From the NCBI GenBank assembly GCA_002316225.1, contig DCDC01000049.1, forward strand, positions 1 through 45,295: a stretch of DNA of 45,295 nucleotides, read 5' to 3'. The notes beneath the pieces are model-generated. The model was not told where the DNA came from. It saw only the letters and a program-made list of their open reading frames with translations, and ran no database searches. Positions within the stretch are counted from its first letter, which is position 1. Every line of letters starts with the position of its first letter. The DNA is from Firmicutes bacterium UBA1065 (GTDB lineage Bacteria > Bacillota > Clostridia > Tissierellales > Sedimentibacteraceae). Shown here one piece after another: positions 1-11,594 of the stretch. Position numbers and translations under genes: made by a program.

Positions 1-2052
<2,052 letters not shown>

Positions 2053-2070
2053 AGTTAAACCTTTCCGATT

Positions 2071-2811
2071 TCAATAATTAATAATTTTTATAAATTCATC
2101 AGCTTTTAAACTGGCACCTCCGACCAAAGCGCCGTCAATATGAGGCTGGTCCAATATTTCTTTGGCATTGGAAGCATTTACGCTGCCCCCGTATTGGATT
2201 TTCATGTTTTCCGCTATATGAGCAGTAAAAATATCAGCTAAAACTTCTCGGATATATGATGACATTTCATTAGCCTGGGTGCTAGTTGCAGTCTTGCCTG
2301 TGCCTATGGCCCATACAGGTTCGTAAGCAATCACAAGCCCCGAGCCATCTGTAACCCCGTCCAAATCTTTTATTAACTGGTTTCTTACCGTTTCCTTTTC
2401 AAGGCCGGCTTCTCTTTGGTCCAGGGTTTCACCCACGCACAGAATCGGCTTCAAACCGTGCCTTAAGCAGGCCTTAACCTTTTTATTTATTATCAGGTCT
2501 GTTTCTCCAAAATATTGCCTTCTCTCGGAATGTCCAATAATCACATATTCGACACCCAAACTTTTAAGCATCAAGGGCGAAACTTCTCCCGTATAAGCTC
2601 CCTTGTCTTCATAGTGCACATTCTGTGCTCCGGTCTTTATGGAAGAATTCTTGAGTTCGCGAATTACTGGATACAAGGATGTAAAAGGCGGACAAATCAA
2701 TACATCAACATCCTCTTTCAGTTTTGAAGAAATCAAAGCCTCAACTAATTTAAGGCTCTCCTCCACATTATTGTTCATCTTCCAGTTGCCTGCAATCAGC
2801 TTCTTTCTCAT
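2071..2811 (-). CDS. tpiA: Triosephosphate isomerase
   Basis: AGNWKM, GHSERR, AYEPVWAIGTG; start moved to MRKK (2811), which has GGAGG upstream. Confidence 0.97.
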   Translation of the reverse strand: MRKKLIAGNWKMNNNVEESLKLVEALISSKLKEDVDVLICPPFTSLYPVIRELKNSSIKTGAQNVHYEDKGAYTGEVSPLMLKSLGVEYVIIGHSERRQYFGETDLIINKKVKACLRHGLKPILCVGETLDQREAGLEKETVRNQLIKDLDGVTDGSGLVIAYEPVWAIGTGKTATSTQANEMSSYIREVLADIFTAHIAENMKIQYGGSVNASNAKEILDQPHIDGALVGGASLKADEFIKIINY

Positions 2812-2852
2812 CTTACCTCCTGTCTCCCTGTCCCTGCCGGTTAACATGCCGT

Positions 2853-4037
2853 CTACTTGTCATCTACAGCATCAAGGCCCGGCAAGACTTTGCCTTCCAG
2901 AAATTCCAGAGAAGCTCCGCCTCCGGTGGAAATATGGGTAATGTTTTTTGCAAGCCCTATTTTCTCTACAGCTGCTGCACTGTCTCCTCCGCCTATTATT
3001 GATAGGGCATCCTTGTTGGCTGCAATTGCTCTTGCTATTTCATTGGTACCCTTGGCAAAGTTGTCCATTTCAAAAACACCCAAGGGACCGTTCCAAATTA
3101 TGGTTTTGGAATTCTTTATTATGTCGGCAAACATATCCACGGTCTTTTGCCCGATATCCAAACCCATATACCCGTCAGGAATCTTATCTGCATCTGTCGT
3201 GAAAAACTCAGTATCGTTTTTAAATTCCCTGGCTACAACGGTATCAACCGGCAAGAGAATTTTGTCTTTAGCTTTTTCAAGAATCATACCTGCCAGGTCA
3301 ACCTTGTCTTCTTCCAGTAGTGAATTTCCCGTATTGTAGCCTTTTGCCTTAAGGAAGGTGTACATCATCCCTCCACCGATTAATACCTTGTCTGCAATAC
3401 TTAATAGGTTTTCTATGACTCCTATTTTATCTGAAACCTTAGCTCCCCCCAGGATGGCCGTAAAGGGTCTTTTGGGCTCCTTCAAGGCATTTCCCATGAT
3501 CTCTACTTCTTTTTCCACCAATAAACCAAGGGCGGAAGGCAGGTATTGACATATGCCCACATTCGATGAATGAGCCCTGTGGGCGGTTCCAAAAGCATCA
3601 TTTACGAACAAATCTCCTAAGGATGCAAGGTCTTGTGCAAAGGTGCCTGCATTTTTTGTTTCTTCTTTTCTGAACCTGGTATTTTGAAGAAGCATTATGT
3701 CGCCGGGTTTCATCTTGGCAACACTTGATTTAACCCTATCATCAACTACGGCATCACTGTCTTCAAAACAAACATCTCTTCCTAATAGTTCACTTAACCT
3801 TTTGGCTACCGGCTGCAGGGAATATTTCCTGTTTGCTTCTCCATCGGGTCTTCCCAAATGGGACATAAGAATTACCGCCGCCCCTTTTTCCAAAAGGTAG
3901 TTTATAGTAGGAAGAGCGCTTACAATCCTAATATCATCTCTAATGTTTCCTTCCTTATCCAGGGGAACATTAAAATCACAACGGACTAAAACCTTCTTAT
4001 CTTTGAAATTTAAATCTTTTAAAGTTTTTTTACTCAT
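2853..4037 (-). CDS. pgk: Phosphoglycerate kinase
   Basis: [33 protein letters not shown]; start at MSKK after GGAGG. Confidence 0.97.
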   Translation of the reverse strand: MSKKTLKDLNFKDKKVLVRCDFNVPLDKEGNIRDDIRIVSALPTINYLLEKGAAVILMSHLGRPDGEANRKYSLQPVAKRLSELLGRDVCFEDSDAVVDDRVKSSVAKMKPGDIMLLQNTRFRKEETKNAGTFAQDLASLGDLFVNDAFGTAHRAHSSNVGICQYLPSALGLLVEKEVEIMGNALKEPKRPFTAILGGAKVSDKIGVIENLLSIADKVLIGGGMMYTFLKAKGYNTGNSLLEEDKVDLAGMILEKAKDKILLPVDTVVAREFKNDTEFFTTDADKIPDGYMGLDIGQKTVDMFADIIKNSKTIIWNGPLGVFEMDNFAKGTNEIARAIAANKDALSIIGGGDSAAAVEKIGLAKNITHISTGGGASLEFLEGKVLPGLDAVDDK

Positions 4038-4074
4038 TTTACAGGCCTCCAAGAACTACTTACAAATATCAAGG

Positions 4075-5082
4075 TTACTTCATCTGTCCCCAATATTTTG
4101 CTAACCTTACCAATTGTGCCGTAAATGACATTTCATTGTCATACCAGGCAATCAGCTTAACCAATTGCTTGCCGTCGGCTTCCAATATTTGAGTTGATAA
4201 GGCGTCAAATACACATGCATAGTGGCTTCCTATAACATCGCTTGAAACTATTGGATCTTCCGTGTAGGCCAATGTTTCATTGGCTGCCTTCTTAACAGTT
4301 TCATTTATTTCATCAACTGTAACATTTCTCTTGAGTTCAACGGTCAAATCCACAACCGAACCTGTAAGAGTAGGAACGCGAAGGGCTATGCCATCAAGTC
4401 TCCCTTTTAATTCAGGCAAAACAATCCCTACTGTTTTAGCTGCTCCGGTTGATGCCGGAACGATATTTGCCGCTGCCGCACGGCCTCTTCTTGCTCTTAT
4501 ACCTTTCTTATGAGAATTGTCATGAATGTTTTGGTCATTTGTATAGGCATGAACGGTTGTCATGAGACCTTTAACTATTCCAAATTCATCATTTATAACT
4601 TTTGCTAAAGGAGCAAGGCAGTTTGTCGTGCATGAAGCCGCAGATACAACCGTCTCAGTCCCATCCAATATGTTGTGGTTTACATTGTAAACTATGGTTT
4701 TCAAGTCGCCTTTTGCCGGTGCCGACAAAAGAACTTTTTTTGCCCCTGCCTTTATATGGGCTTCAGCTTTTTCCTTTTCGTTGAATTTTCCCGTACAGTC
4801 GATCACCAAGTCTATGTCCAGTTCTTTCCAATTGCAATTTTCAGGTTCCTTTATCCTGGATGTTACGATTTCTTTGCCGTCAACATACATCATATTGTCC
4901 TTGTATGATATTCTGTCAGTCATAAAATTACCGTGGGCAGTATCATACTTCAACAAATAGGTTAATGTTTCCACATCAGAATTCGTGTTGATTGCCACAA
5001 CCCGGAAGTCTTCGTCCTGAGCCATCAACCGTAAAGCCAATCTTCCAATCCTTCCAAATCCGTTAATCGCTACTCTTACCAT
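4075..5082 (-). CDS. gap: Type I glyceraldehyde-3-phosphate dehydrogenase
   Basis: INGFGRIGR, ASCTTNCL, WYDNE. Confidence 0.97.
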   Translation of the reverse strand: MVRVAINGFGRIGRLALRLMAQDEDFRVVAINTNSDVETLTYLLKYDTAHGNFMTDRISYKDNMMYVDGKEIVTSRIKEPENCNWKELDIDLVIDCTGKFNEKEKAEAHIKAGAKKVLLSAPAKGDLKTIVYNVNHNILDGTETVVSAASCTTNCLAPLAKVINDEFGIVKGLMTTVHAYTNDQNIHDNSHKKGIRARRGRAAAANIVPASTGAAKTVGIVLPELKGRLDGIALRVPTLTGSVVDLTVELKRNVTVDEINETVKKAANETLAYTEDPIVSSDVIGSHYACVFDALSTQILEADGKQLVKLIAWYDNEMSFTAQLVRLAKYWGQMK

Positions 5083-5166
5083 ATAATCCTCCTGAAAATA
5101 TTATTGTTTGAGACTTGTAATTTCAAATAAATTGCCGTCCCAACAAGGTTATTATGTAATAATTTG

Positions 5167-5175
5167 ATTATAACA
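5167..5175 (-). promoter_or_regulatory. Extended -10 sigmaA element for gap operon
   Basis: Minus strand TGTTATAAT about 85 nt upstream of gap start. Confidence 0.55.
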
Positions 5176-5206
5176 TACTAAATAAATATTTGGTAGCAGT
5201 TTTACC

Positions 5207-5240
5207 AAAAAAAAGAATATGCTCATATCATCATATTCTT
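5207..5240 (-). terminator. Intrinsic terminator after rpoN
   Basis: AAGAATATG...CATATTCTT stem next to the stop, with plus-strand A-run (U-tract on minus). Confidence 0.65.
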
Positions 5241-5242
5241 TC

Positions 5243-6640
5243 TTAATATCTTCTTCGCATGGATGATGATGGTATCCTCAGCTCATCCCTGTATTTAGCC
5301 ACAGTCCTTCTCGAAATGTTTATTCCGGCTTCTTTTAATTTCTCAGTAATCTTCTGGTCGCTTAAGGGTTTTTGCGGGCATTCTTCATCTATCAGCTTTT
5401 GAATGATAGTTTTAACACTTGTTGATGACACCCCGTCCCCATCTCTTTCACTAACGCTGCTTGCAAAAAAGTATTTCAGTTCAAACAAGCCCCTGGGTGT
5501 TTGCACATATTTCCCATTTGTAGCCCTGCTTATGGTAGATTCATGCATCCCTATGTCATCTGCCACATCTTTCAAAACCAAAGGCCTTAGTGCTTCCTTT
5601 CCTTCATCAAAAAACTTCCTCTGGAATTTTAAAATCGACTCAACAACCTTATATAAAGTAATTCTTCTTTGCTCAATGCTCTTTATCAACCACATGGATG
5701 AATTCAGCTTGTCGGCCAGAAACTTGCTTGCTTCCTTATCTTCCAGCTCATTTAACATGTTTTTATAGTGGTTGTTTATGGTAAGTGTGGGCAGATAGCT
5801 GTCATTTATTATAACAACATAATCATCGTTGACTTTTTCTATCGTAGCATCCGGAACTATATACCTTATGTTGTCGCTGTCTACTATAAAACCCCTCGAT
5901 GGCTTGGGTTCAAGCATTTTTATTATGTCGCAGATATTTTGGACCCTTTTTACCGATATGCGAAGATCTTTTGCAATTTTCTGTATCCTGTTGGCCGCTA
6001 TATCTTCAAGGTATTTTTCAACGATAATATATGCATTCTTGTCTTGAATTCCTTTTTCCTTAAGCTGGATCATAAGACATTCGCTTAAATTTCTGGCGGC
6101 AACACCGACAGGGTCAAAGGTTTGTATGAGTCTTAAAACTCTTTCAACATCTACGACACTTTCATTTATCAATAGGCTTATATCCTGAAGGGAACATCCC
6201 AGGTAACCTTTGTTGTCCAGGGATTCGATTATGAATTCCCCTATGCGCTTATCCTTGTTTGTCTTGACAGCCATTCCCAGCTGCATCATCAAATGGTCCT
6301 TCAAGGATAGCTTTTTGGAAGTATAGCTTTCGAAAGACTGCTTATTTTCATCATCCGTATATACATCATGTGTTTTATATGAAAAATCATCATACCTTTC
6401 GGCCAGTTCTATCCAATCTACCTCTTCATTTCCTTTATCTTCCACAACTTGTTCATCATTGGAAGCGACATCACTCTTATTATCTACCGATTCCAGGAAA
6501 GGATTGATTTCTAACTGCTTATTGATAAAATCCGTTAATTCGACATTATTAAACTGCAAGATTTGAATGGCTTGCCTTAATTCCGGTGTCATAATAAGCT
6601 TTTGGGTTTGAGAAAGATTCAGTTCAAATCCCATTTTCAT
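5243..6640 (-). CDS. rpoN: RNA polymerase sigma-54 factor
   Basis: LIMTPELRQAIQILQ, HESTISRA, RpoN box SRRTVAKYR; start MKMG (6640) after AAGGAG. Confidence 0.97.
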   Translation of the reverse strand: MKMGFELNLSQTQKLIMTPELRQAIQILQFNNVELTDFINKQLEINPFLESVDNKSDVASNDEQVVEDKGNEEVDWIELAERYDDFSYKTHDVYTDDENKQSFESYTSKKLSLKDHLMMQLGMAVKTNKDKRIGEFIIESLDNKGYLGCSLQDISLLINESVVDVERVLRLIQTFDPVGVAARNLSECLMIQLKEKGIQDKNAYIIVEKYLEDIAANRIQKIAKDLRISVKRVQNICDIIKMLEPKPSRGFIVDSDNIRYIVPDATIEKVNDDYVVIINDSYLPTLTINNHYKNMLNELEDKEASKFLADKLNSSMWLIKSIEQRRITLYKVVESILKFQRKFFDEGKEALRPLVLKDVADDIGMHESTISRATNGKYVQTPRGLFELKYFFASSVSERDGDGVSSTSVKTIIQKLIDEECPQKPLSDQKITEKLKEAGINISRRTVAKYRDELRIPSSSMRRRY

Positions 6641-6661
6641 GATATCACTCCTTTCATGTCT

Positions 6662-6689
6662 ATTATAACAAACTATCATTATTTTTCAA
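6662..6689 (-). promoter_or_regulatory. sigmaA promoter of rpoN
   Basis: Minus strand TTGAAA-16 nt-TATAAT with TGn extension. Confidence 0.55.
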
Positions 6690-6716
6690 CTTAATTATAA
6701 GTTTGACAAAATAATT

Positions 6717-6750
6717 AAAAAAAAATTCTTCATCTATATAAGATGAAGAA
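6717..6750 (-). terminator. Intrinsic terminator of grd operon
   Basis: TTCTTCATCT-atata-AGATGAAGAA perfect 10-bp stem with 9-A run on the left. Confidence 0.8.
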
Positions 6751-6780
6751 CCGGGTTGCTGACAAACCCTCTTTTGTCAC

Positions 6781-7956
6781 TTAGCATTCTGTTTGTTCCT
6801 TGGCAATATAGCCATTGTCAGCCAATATTTTCAAAGCATTATCTGTCTTTGCTTCATTTACTAAAATAATCGGACCGGTGCATCCCATTCCGCTCTCTGC
6901 ATAAACACCATTTTTCCACAACATTTTTACCGCATCTTCAAGGTCCATGATTTCAATTCCGGATATTTGAGATGTTACGACTTCTTTTGGAGGAGCTTTA
7001 ACTTCAGTTTCTTCTCCCGCCTGTTTCTTTGCTGCCCTTAATTCCGACAAAAGTTCATTCAAGCCTGCTTTCTTGGCTTTTTCAAACTCTTCTCCGGCAA
7101 TTTCCAGGCACCTTCCTTTAATCAGGTCTCCTGCAAATTTCATTGCTCCTTCAATCAAGGGAGCTCCGGAAGCCCTTGAAATTATAAGTATCAGCTTATT
7201 GAAGTTTTCACCGATACCGGGGCCATATCCGTATCCTAATGATTCATAAGTCCCCCCCGTTGTATAGGAAGAGAATATCTTAATCATCAGGTTGCCTGTG
7301 AGAGAATCCATGACCATGACATCGGCTGACCCTGTCAGCAAGTCATTTCCTCTCATAACAGCCCCTCCGTCCGACCTCTTGGACTGGGCAAAGTTTATAT
7401 CATAACCCTGGCTTTTAAGCTTGTTTAATGCTATTTCCGTCTGTCTGGCTCCATCAACGTTTAAAATACCTACGGTGGGGTTTTTTATCCCGCAGGCCTT
7501 GGCTGTGATTATTCCATAGATGGCATTCTTAACCATTCCTTCAACCTTGTCGGTTGATGAAGTTCCCGTTGTCGTAGCAATAAACATTTCTTTTCCCATC
7601 CCAGGAGTTATTATTCTGCCTACGGTGGATACCCCTATAGGAAAAGGATAGTGCATGGTAACGGCAGCATCAACCTTGCCGGAATCCAATAATTCTTCCA
7701 TCTTTTTATGAGCTTCATCCTCGCTGTCAACTAAAACCGTATTTACTTTTTCATTGGCTTTTGAACCTATAAGGGTCACATCAATCCCAAACTTTAAAGC
7801 TCCTTCGGCTGCCTTTATTACCTCATCTTCTCCATGTTCGCTTCCTAATGCGGTAATGGCAACTCTTGGTTTTTGCCCGTATTCTCCGCTTATCAAGGTA
7901 TCGGCCAATTGGTCAAAAACTTTGGCTATGGTTTGTTTTACTAATTTTTCAGACAT
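6781..7956 (-). CDS. grdD: Glycine/sarcosine/betaine reductase complex component C, alpha subunit (PlsX-like)
   Basis: GSEHG, MHYPFPIGVSTVG, catalytic region ESGMGCTGP; start MSEK after AGGAG. Confidence 0.93.
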   Translation of the reverse strand: MSEKLVKQTIAKVFDQLADTLISGEYGQKPRVAITALGSEHGEDEVIKAAEGALKFGIDVTLIGSKANEKVNTVLVDSEDEAHKKMEELLDSGKVDAAVTMHYPFPIGVSTVGRIITPGMGKEMFIATTTGTSSTDKVEGMVKNAIYGIITAKACGIKNPTVGILNVDGARQTEIALNKLKSQGYDINFAQSKRSDGGAVMRGNDLLTGSADVMVMDSLTGNLMIKIFSSYTTGGTYESLGYGYGPGIGENFNKLILIISRASGAPLIEGAMKFAGDLIKGRCLEIAGEEFEKAKKAGLNELLSELRAAKKQAGEETEVKAPPKEVVTSQISGIEIMDLEDAVKMLWKNGVYAESGMGCTGPIILVNEAKTDNALKILADNGYIAKEQTEC

Positions 7957-7966
7957 ATCTTCACTC

Positions 7967-9499
7967 CTACTCATTCAGCAGATTTGAAGCGAAATCCTTT
8001 AAGGCCTTAGCTATCAAAGTCTTTACTTCTTCCTCTGAAATTGCGGATTTTTCTTCCTGACGTCCTTTATTTGCTTCAATTATAAAGGAAACTCCATCAA
8101 ATAAATTAGTCATTCTTCCAAGGAAGAGACTGCCTTTGCCAATGATCATGGCATTTTTTATCTTGCCGGAAAGTATGTCTTCCCTGCAGAAACCAAGGTA
8201 AGGGATGCCTGAAGGTATGTGTCCCTGGGTCGGAGCCCAGCCGGTCATACCATGTTTCTTTGTGAATTCTTCCAGGTCTTTTTTATCCATTTCACCGCGT
8301 TTTACGGCTAAAGCAGCAATCATTTTGTAGTTTGCCATGGGAACGTCTCCTGCTCCTGCAGGCTTTGTAACTTCAGGATTCTGCATTTCTACGGAATATT
8401 TATCCACATCCGTTATTTTCATTCCGGCCTTATCCAATGATGATACCAGGGATGTTATAACCGCCTGGGGTGATGAACCTGTGCCCACGGTGTGTCTTCC
8501 TACAAGATCAAGGTTAATTTCCGGATTAACCCCGTCATTTTCTCCTATCAGTACGGCAAATCCTCCTATGGTATCTTCCAGTATCGGGTATCCTTTTTTA
8601 AGGTGGTCCTTACCGTTCATACCTAATTTAGCCGTACTGCCGCCTGCCGATACAATAACCTTTTTGTAAACTCCTGCCTTAACCAGGGCAGCTGCTTCAA
8701 TTATTGCATGGGTCGGAGCAGCGCAAAAACCTCTTGTGTCAGCACCGGTAGCATTAACAAATCCGGCCACTTCGGCACATGCCTTTGCAAAGTTTCCTCC
8801 GCCCCTTTGATTTACATCCCCGCATGCTTCTTCGCTGCATTCGATTATGTATTCAATTTCTTCCTTGTTAATGTTGTTTTTGCTTACAAGATTTAACAAG
8901 GCCAAGACATTGGAAGCTTTTGATACGAGGTTTTCAAACATTACGTGGCCGCTTAAGTTGATGTCTATATCATGGGCTCTTTTTACGCATCCAACCAGGA
9001 CCCCGTTATTGTAAATTGCTTCTGCATGTTCTTTTTCAACAAATCTTTTAATTGTATCAAGCTCTTCTCCTTCTTTGATCCTTCCCAGCAAGCCATCGTC
9101 AAAAAGAGGGTGATTCATAAGCTTTGCTTTTGTTGCTGTAACAAATTCTTTTTCTAATTTAACCAAATCAAAGACATCACAGATTTGCATCAGGAGAATA
9201 AATTCATCCTGGGGCATGATTTCTCCAAACCTGCCTTCCCTGGTAGCTCCTTCCATGGGTTTGTCAAACCAGGGCATCTCATGTTTGGCTAATTCATCAG
9301 GGGTAATATTTCCTATATATACCTGGTTGGGTAAATAACCTACAACTTGATCAAAGGTTCTCAGATTATTTTTTATTTCCTTTAAATATTCGGAATTGGG
9401 GTTTACAGTTCTTTCGGTTGTCTGGGTAGAGCCGTTATGTATAACCATATCCGGGGCGTGAACCATTATATAACTGGCGCCCAAAATTACACTGTTCAT
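7967..9499 (-). CDS. grdC: Glycine reductase component C, beta subunit (FabH-like)
   Basis: CSEEACGDVNQRGGGNFAK, FCAAP, QGHIPSG. Confidence 0.93.
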   Translation of the reverse strand: MNSVILGASYIMVHAPDMVIHNGSTQTTERTVNPNSEYLKEIKNNLRTFDQVVGYLPNQVYIGNITPDELAKHEMPWFDKPMEGATREGRFGEIMPQDEFILLMQICDVFDLVKLEKEFVTATKAKLMNHPLFDDGLLGRIKEGEELDTIKRFVEKEHAEAIYNNGVLVGCVKRAHDIDINLSGHVMFENLVSKASNVLALLNLVSKNNINKEEIEYIIECSEEACGDVNQRGGGNFAKACAEVAGFVNATGADTRGFCAAPTHAIIEAAALVKAGVYKKVIVSAGGSTAKLGMNGKDHLKKGYPILEDTIGGFAVLIGENDGVNPEINLDLVGRHTVGTGSSPQAVITSLVSSLDKAGMKITDVDKYSVEMQNPEVTKPAGAGDVPMANYKMIAALAVKRGEMDKKDLEEFTKKHGMTGWAPTQGHIPSGIPYLGFCREDILSGKIKNAMIIGKGSLFLGRMTNLFDGVSFIIEANKGRQEEKSAISEEEVKTLIAKALKDFASNLLNE

Positions 9500-9562
9500 G
9501 TAATGATAACCTCCTTTACATTATAATTTTTTACTTTTTGTTTTAATGAATCTACATTGAAA

Positions 9563-9591
9563 ATTTGCTTCGCAAGAATTACGAAGCAAAT
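9563..9591. other. Hairpin between grdA and grdC (weak terminator or mRNA stabiliser)
   Basis: ATTTGCTTCG-9 nt-CGAAGCAAAT perfect 10-bp stem. Confidence 0.5.
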
Positions 9592-9593
9592 AG

Positions 9594-9659
9594 TGGGGAC
9601 ATTACACCGACTCCAGAGGTTTACCCTAAAGGAGAGGTGTGTCCCCATACATCTTTACA
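9594..9659. repeat. GGGGAC...GTCCCC REP-like structured repeat, copy A
   Basis: TGGGGACA...TGTCCCCA termini plus tail TACATCTTTACA; similar to 42191-42259. Confidence 0.7.
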
Positions 9660-10128
9660 GGTATTTACAATAATCTTCTCTAATTGCGGACATTTCGCTT
9701 ATGATATCGTCAACATCCAATACCATTTCCATCATGCCCACTTGTTCATCATATACTGATTCGTCTATTAATTCTTTTATTTCAGGTTCACAAATATGAA
9801 ATACGCTGAGTCCCAACTGAACTCCCGTCAATGGACCTGCAAAAGTAGGGTCTCCGTTTGTTACGGTTTCTGCAGCAAGACCTGCTGCTTCACCTTCAGC
9901 TGCCCCAAGTATAACCACTACATTTTCCGGGCCATACTTTTCAGCAAATTCTTTTACCCTCTTTTGATTTTCCAAATCCATTGCGCCTGCGCTAGTTCAG
10001 ACAAAGCATTCAGTAGATGAGAATACAACTTCGCAATCGGTAGTTTTTAAGCATTCTTCGATTGCCTGGCCGGGTATTCCATCTCTGTCGCCTATTATGA
10101 TTACTTTTTTGTCAGTTAATAAGCTCAT
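9655..10128 (-). CDS. grdA: Glycine reductase selenoprotein A (157 aa, Sec44)
   Basis: ATG 10128 with GGAGG; [20 protein letters not shown]...STECFV-UGA(9997-9999)[11 protein letters not shown] reads in frame into track ORF 9655..9981; CxxU motif. Confidence 0.95.
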
Positions 10129-10137
10129 GTTTCCCTC

Positions 10138-10455
10138 CTAAATGTATTTTTTTATCATTGCTTCTATATTTTCAGGAGTAGCATCTTCTTTAACCAATTC
10201 TTCGATCTTTTCTCCATCCTTATAGATAGCAATCACGGGTAAACCCAGTACCTTTTGTCCTATAGCTACCCTTCTTGCTTTTGTAGTATTCAATTTGGTA
10301 AATTTTATTTTGTCACCGTATTTTTTGGAAAGTTCTTCAACATGGGGCATCAAGGCTTCACAGGGAGCGCACCCGTCTCCGAAAAAGTCCACAAGGATGT
10401 ATCCTTCGCCTTGTAATACCTCAGTTTCAAAATTCGTTTTATCCAGTACTAACAT
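10138..10455 (-). CDS. trxA: Thioredoxin of glycine reductase system
   Basis: GCAPC active site (grd-type, lacks canonical W); 105 aa. Confidence 0.9.
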   Translation of the reverse strand: MLVLDKTNFETEVLQGEGYILVDFFGDGCAPCEALMPHVEELSKKYGDKIKFTKLNTTKARRVAIGQKVLGLPVIAIYKDGEKIEELVKEDATPENIEAMIKKYI

Positions 10456-10465
10456 TTCATACCTC

Positions 10466-11401
10466 CTAAAGTTCCTCGATGTATTTTTCAGCCTGAACTG
10501 CTGCTATTGCTCCGTCAGCTGCTGCAGTTACTACCTGTCTTAAGCTTTTAACCCTGACATCGCCGGCTGCAAAAACACCTTCAACATTGGTCCTCATGTT
10601 ATCGTCGGTTACAATATAGCCGTTTTGAAGTTCCAATATACCTTCAAACATTTTAGTTTTCGGCTCGTAACCAATAAACACGAAAATACCGAATGTCATA
10701 TCATCCTCATCAGCAACAATTTCAGTTAATTCTTTTGTTTTAACATTTTCCAAAACCATGGAATTAACTATACCATCACCTTTTATTTCCTTAACAACCG
10801 AATCCCAGATAAAATCTATCTTGGGGTTGGCTTTGGCCTTTTCTTGTATTGATTTGGCTGCCCTCAGCTCATTCCTCCTGTGAATGATGGTTACCTTTCT
10901 TGCAAATTTAGTAAGGTACAGGGCTTCTTCCACCGCAGTATCTCCGCCGCCTACTACAAATACCTCCAAATCTTCAAAGAAAGCAGCATCGCAAGTTGCA
11001 CAGTAAGATACACCCTTGCCTGTGAAAGTTTTTTCTCCGGGGCATCCGATAGGTCTTGATGCTGCACCGCTTGCTATTATAACCGTCTTGCCCTTGTATT
11101 CGCCTTTTTTGCCAACCAGAACCTTCTCTTTCCCTTCCAGCTTAACTTCCACAATTTCATCATACACCTTTTCGGCTCCGAAATGTTTTGCCTGCTCAGC
11201 CATTCTGTCAACCAAGGTAGGTCCTGATTCTCCTTCCAGGCAACCCGGATAGTTTTCAACCTCTGATGTCAGGACAATTTGTCCTCCGTCTTTTTCTTTT
11301 TCGATAATAAGGGTGCTTAGTCTTGCTCTTCCAGCGTAGATACCGGCAGATAAACCTGCAGGACCGGCTCCAATAATCAATACATCATATACTTTACTCA
11401 T
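10466..11401 (-). CDS. trxB: Thioredoxin-disulfide reductase
   Basis: [24 protein letters not shown] motifs. Confidence 0.95.
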   Translation of the reverse strand: MSKVYDVLIIGAGPAGLSAGIYAGRARLSTLIIEKEKDGGQIVLTSEVENYPGCLEGESGPTLVDRMAEQAKHFGAEKVYDEIVEVKLEGKEKVLVGKKGEYKGKTVIIASGAASRPIGCPGEKTFTGKGVSYCATCDAAFFEDLEVFVVGGGDTAVEEALYLTKFARKVTIIHRRNELRAAKSIQEKAKANPKIDFIWDSVVKEIKGDGIVNSMVLENVKTKELTEIVADEDDMTFGIFVFIGYEPKTKMFEGILELQNGYIVTDDNMRTNVEGVFAAGDVRVKSLRQVVTAAADGAIAAVQAEKYIEEL

Positions 11402-11433
11402 ATTCCACCTCTTTTCTGCCTGTAATCACCAAG

Positions 11434-11500
11434 GTCACCCTGGGCCGGTGAAGGATCCCACCGGATTTCATGTGAGATCCATCTATTGCTCAGGATAATC
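11434..11500. repeat. Degenerate copy of GTCATCCTGAG...CTCAGGATGAC REP-like element
   Basis: GTCACCCTGGG..GAAGGATC....AGATCCATC...CTCAGGATAATC resembles 37522-37585. Confidence 0.55.
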
Positions 11501-11591
11501 TACCGACACCAAATCTTTGATTTGGGTCATCATAGATCCTTCTCTTCGTTCAGGATAAGCATCTGACACCAAATCAGAGATTTGGGTCATC
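11475..11591. repeat. Two ~60-bp imperfect tandem units
   Basis: AGATCC..TCAGGATAA..GACACCAAATC-nnn-GATTTGGGTCATC at 11475-11531 and 11534-11591. Confidence 0.85.
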
Positions 11592-11594
11592 TGC

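Noticed and set aside
9565-9759. Plus-strand ORFs 9565..9759 and 42127..42309 crossing the GGGGAC repeats
   Set aside because: Non-ATG starts without RBS, overlap real minus-strand genes; by-products of the repeats.
11505-11591. Possible mini-CRISPR (two palindromic 27-bp repeats with a ~33-nt spacer)
   Set aside because: Only two units, the intervening sequence is homologous to the preceding one, and there are no cas genes; treated as a tandem REP mosaic.
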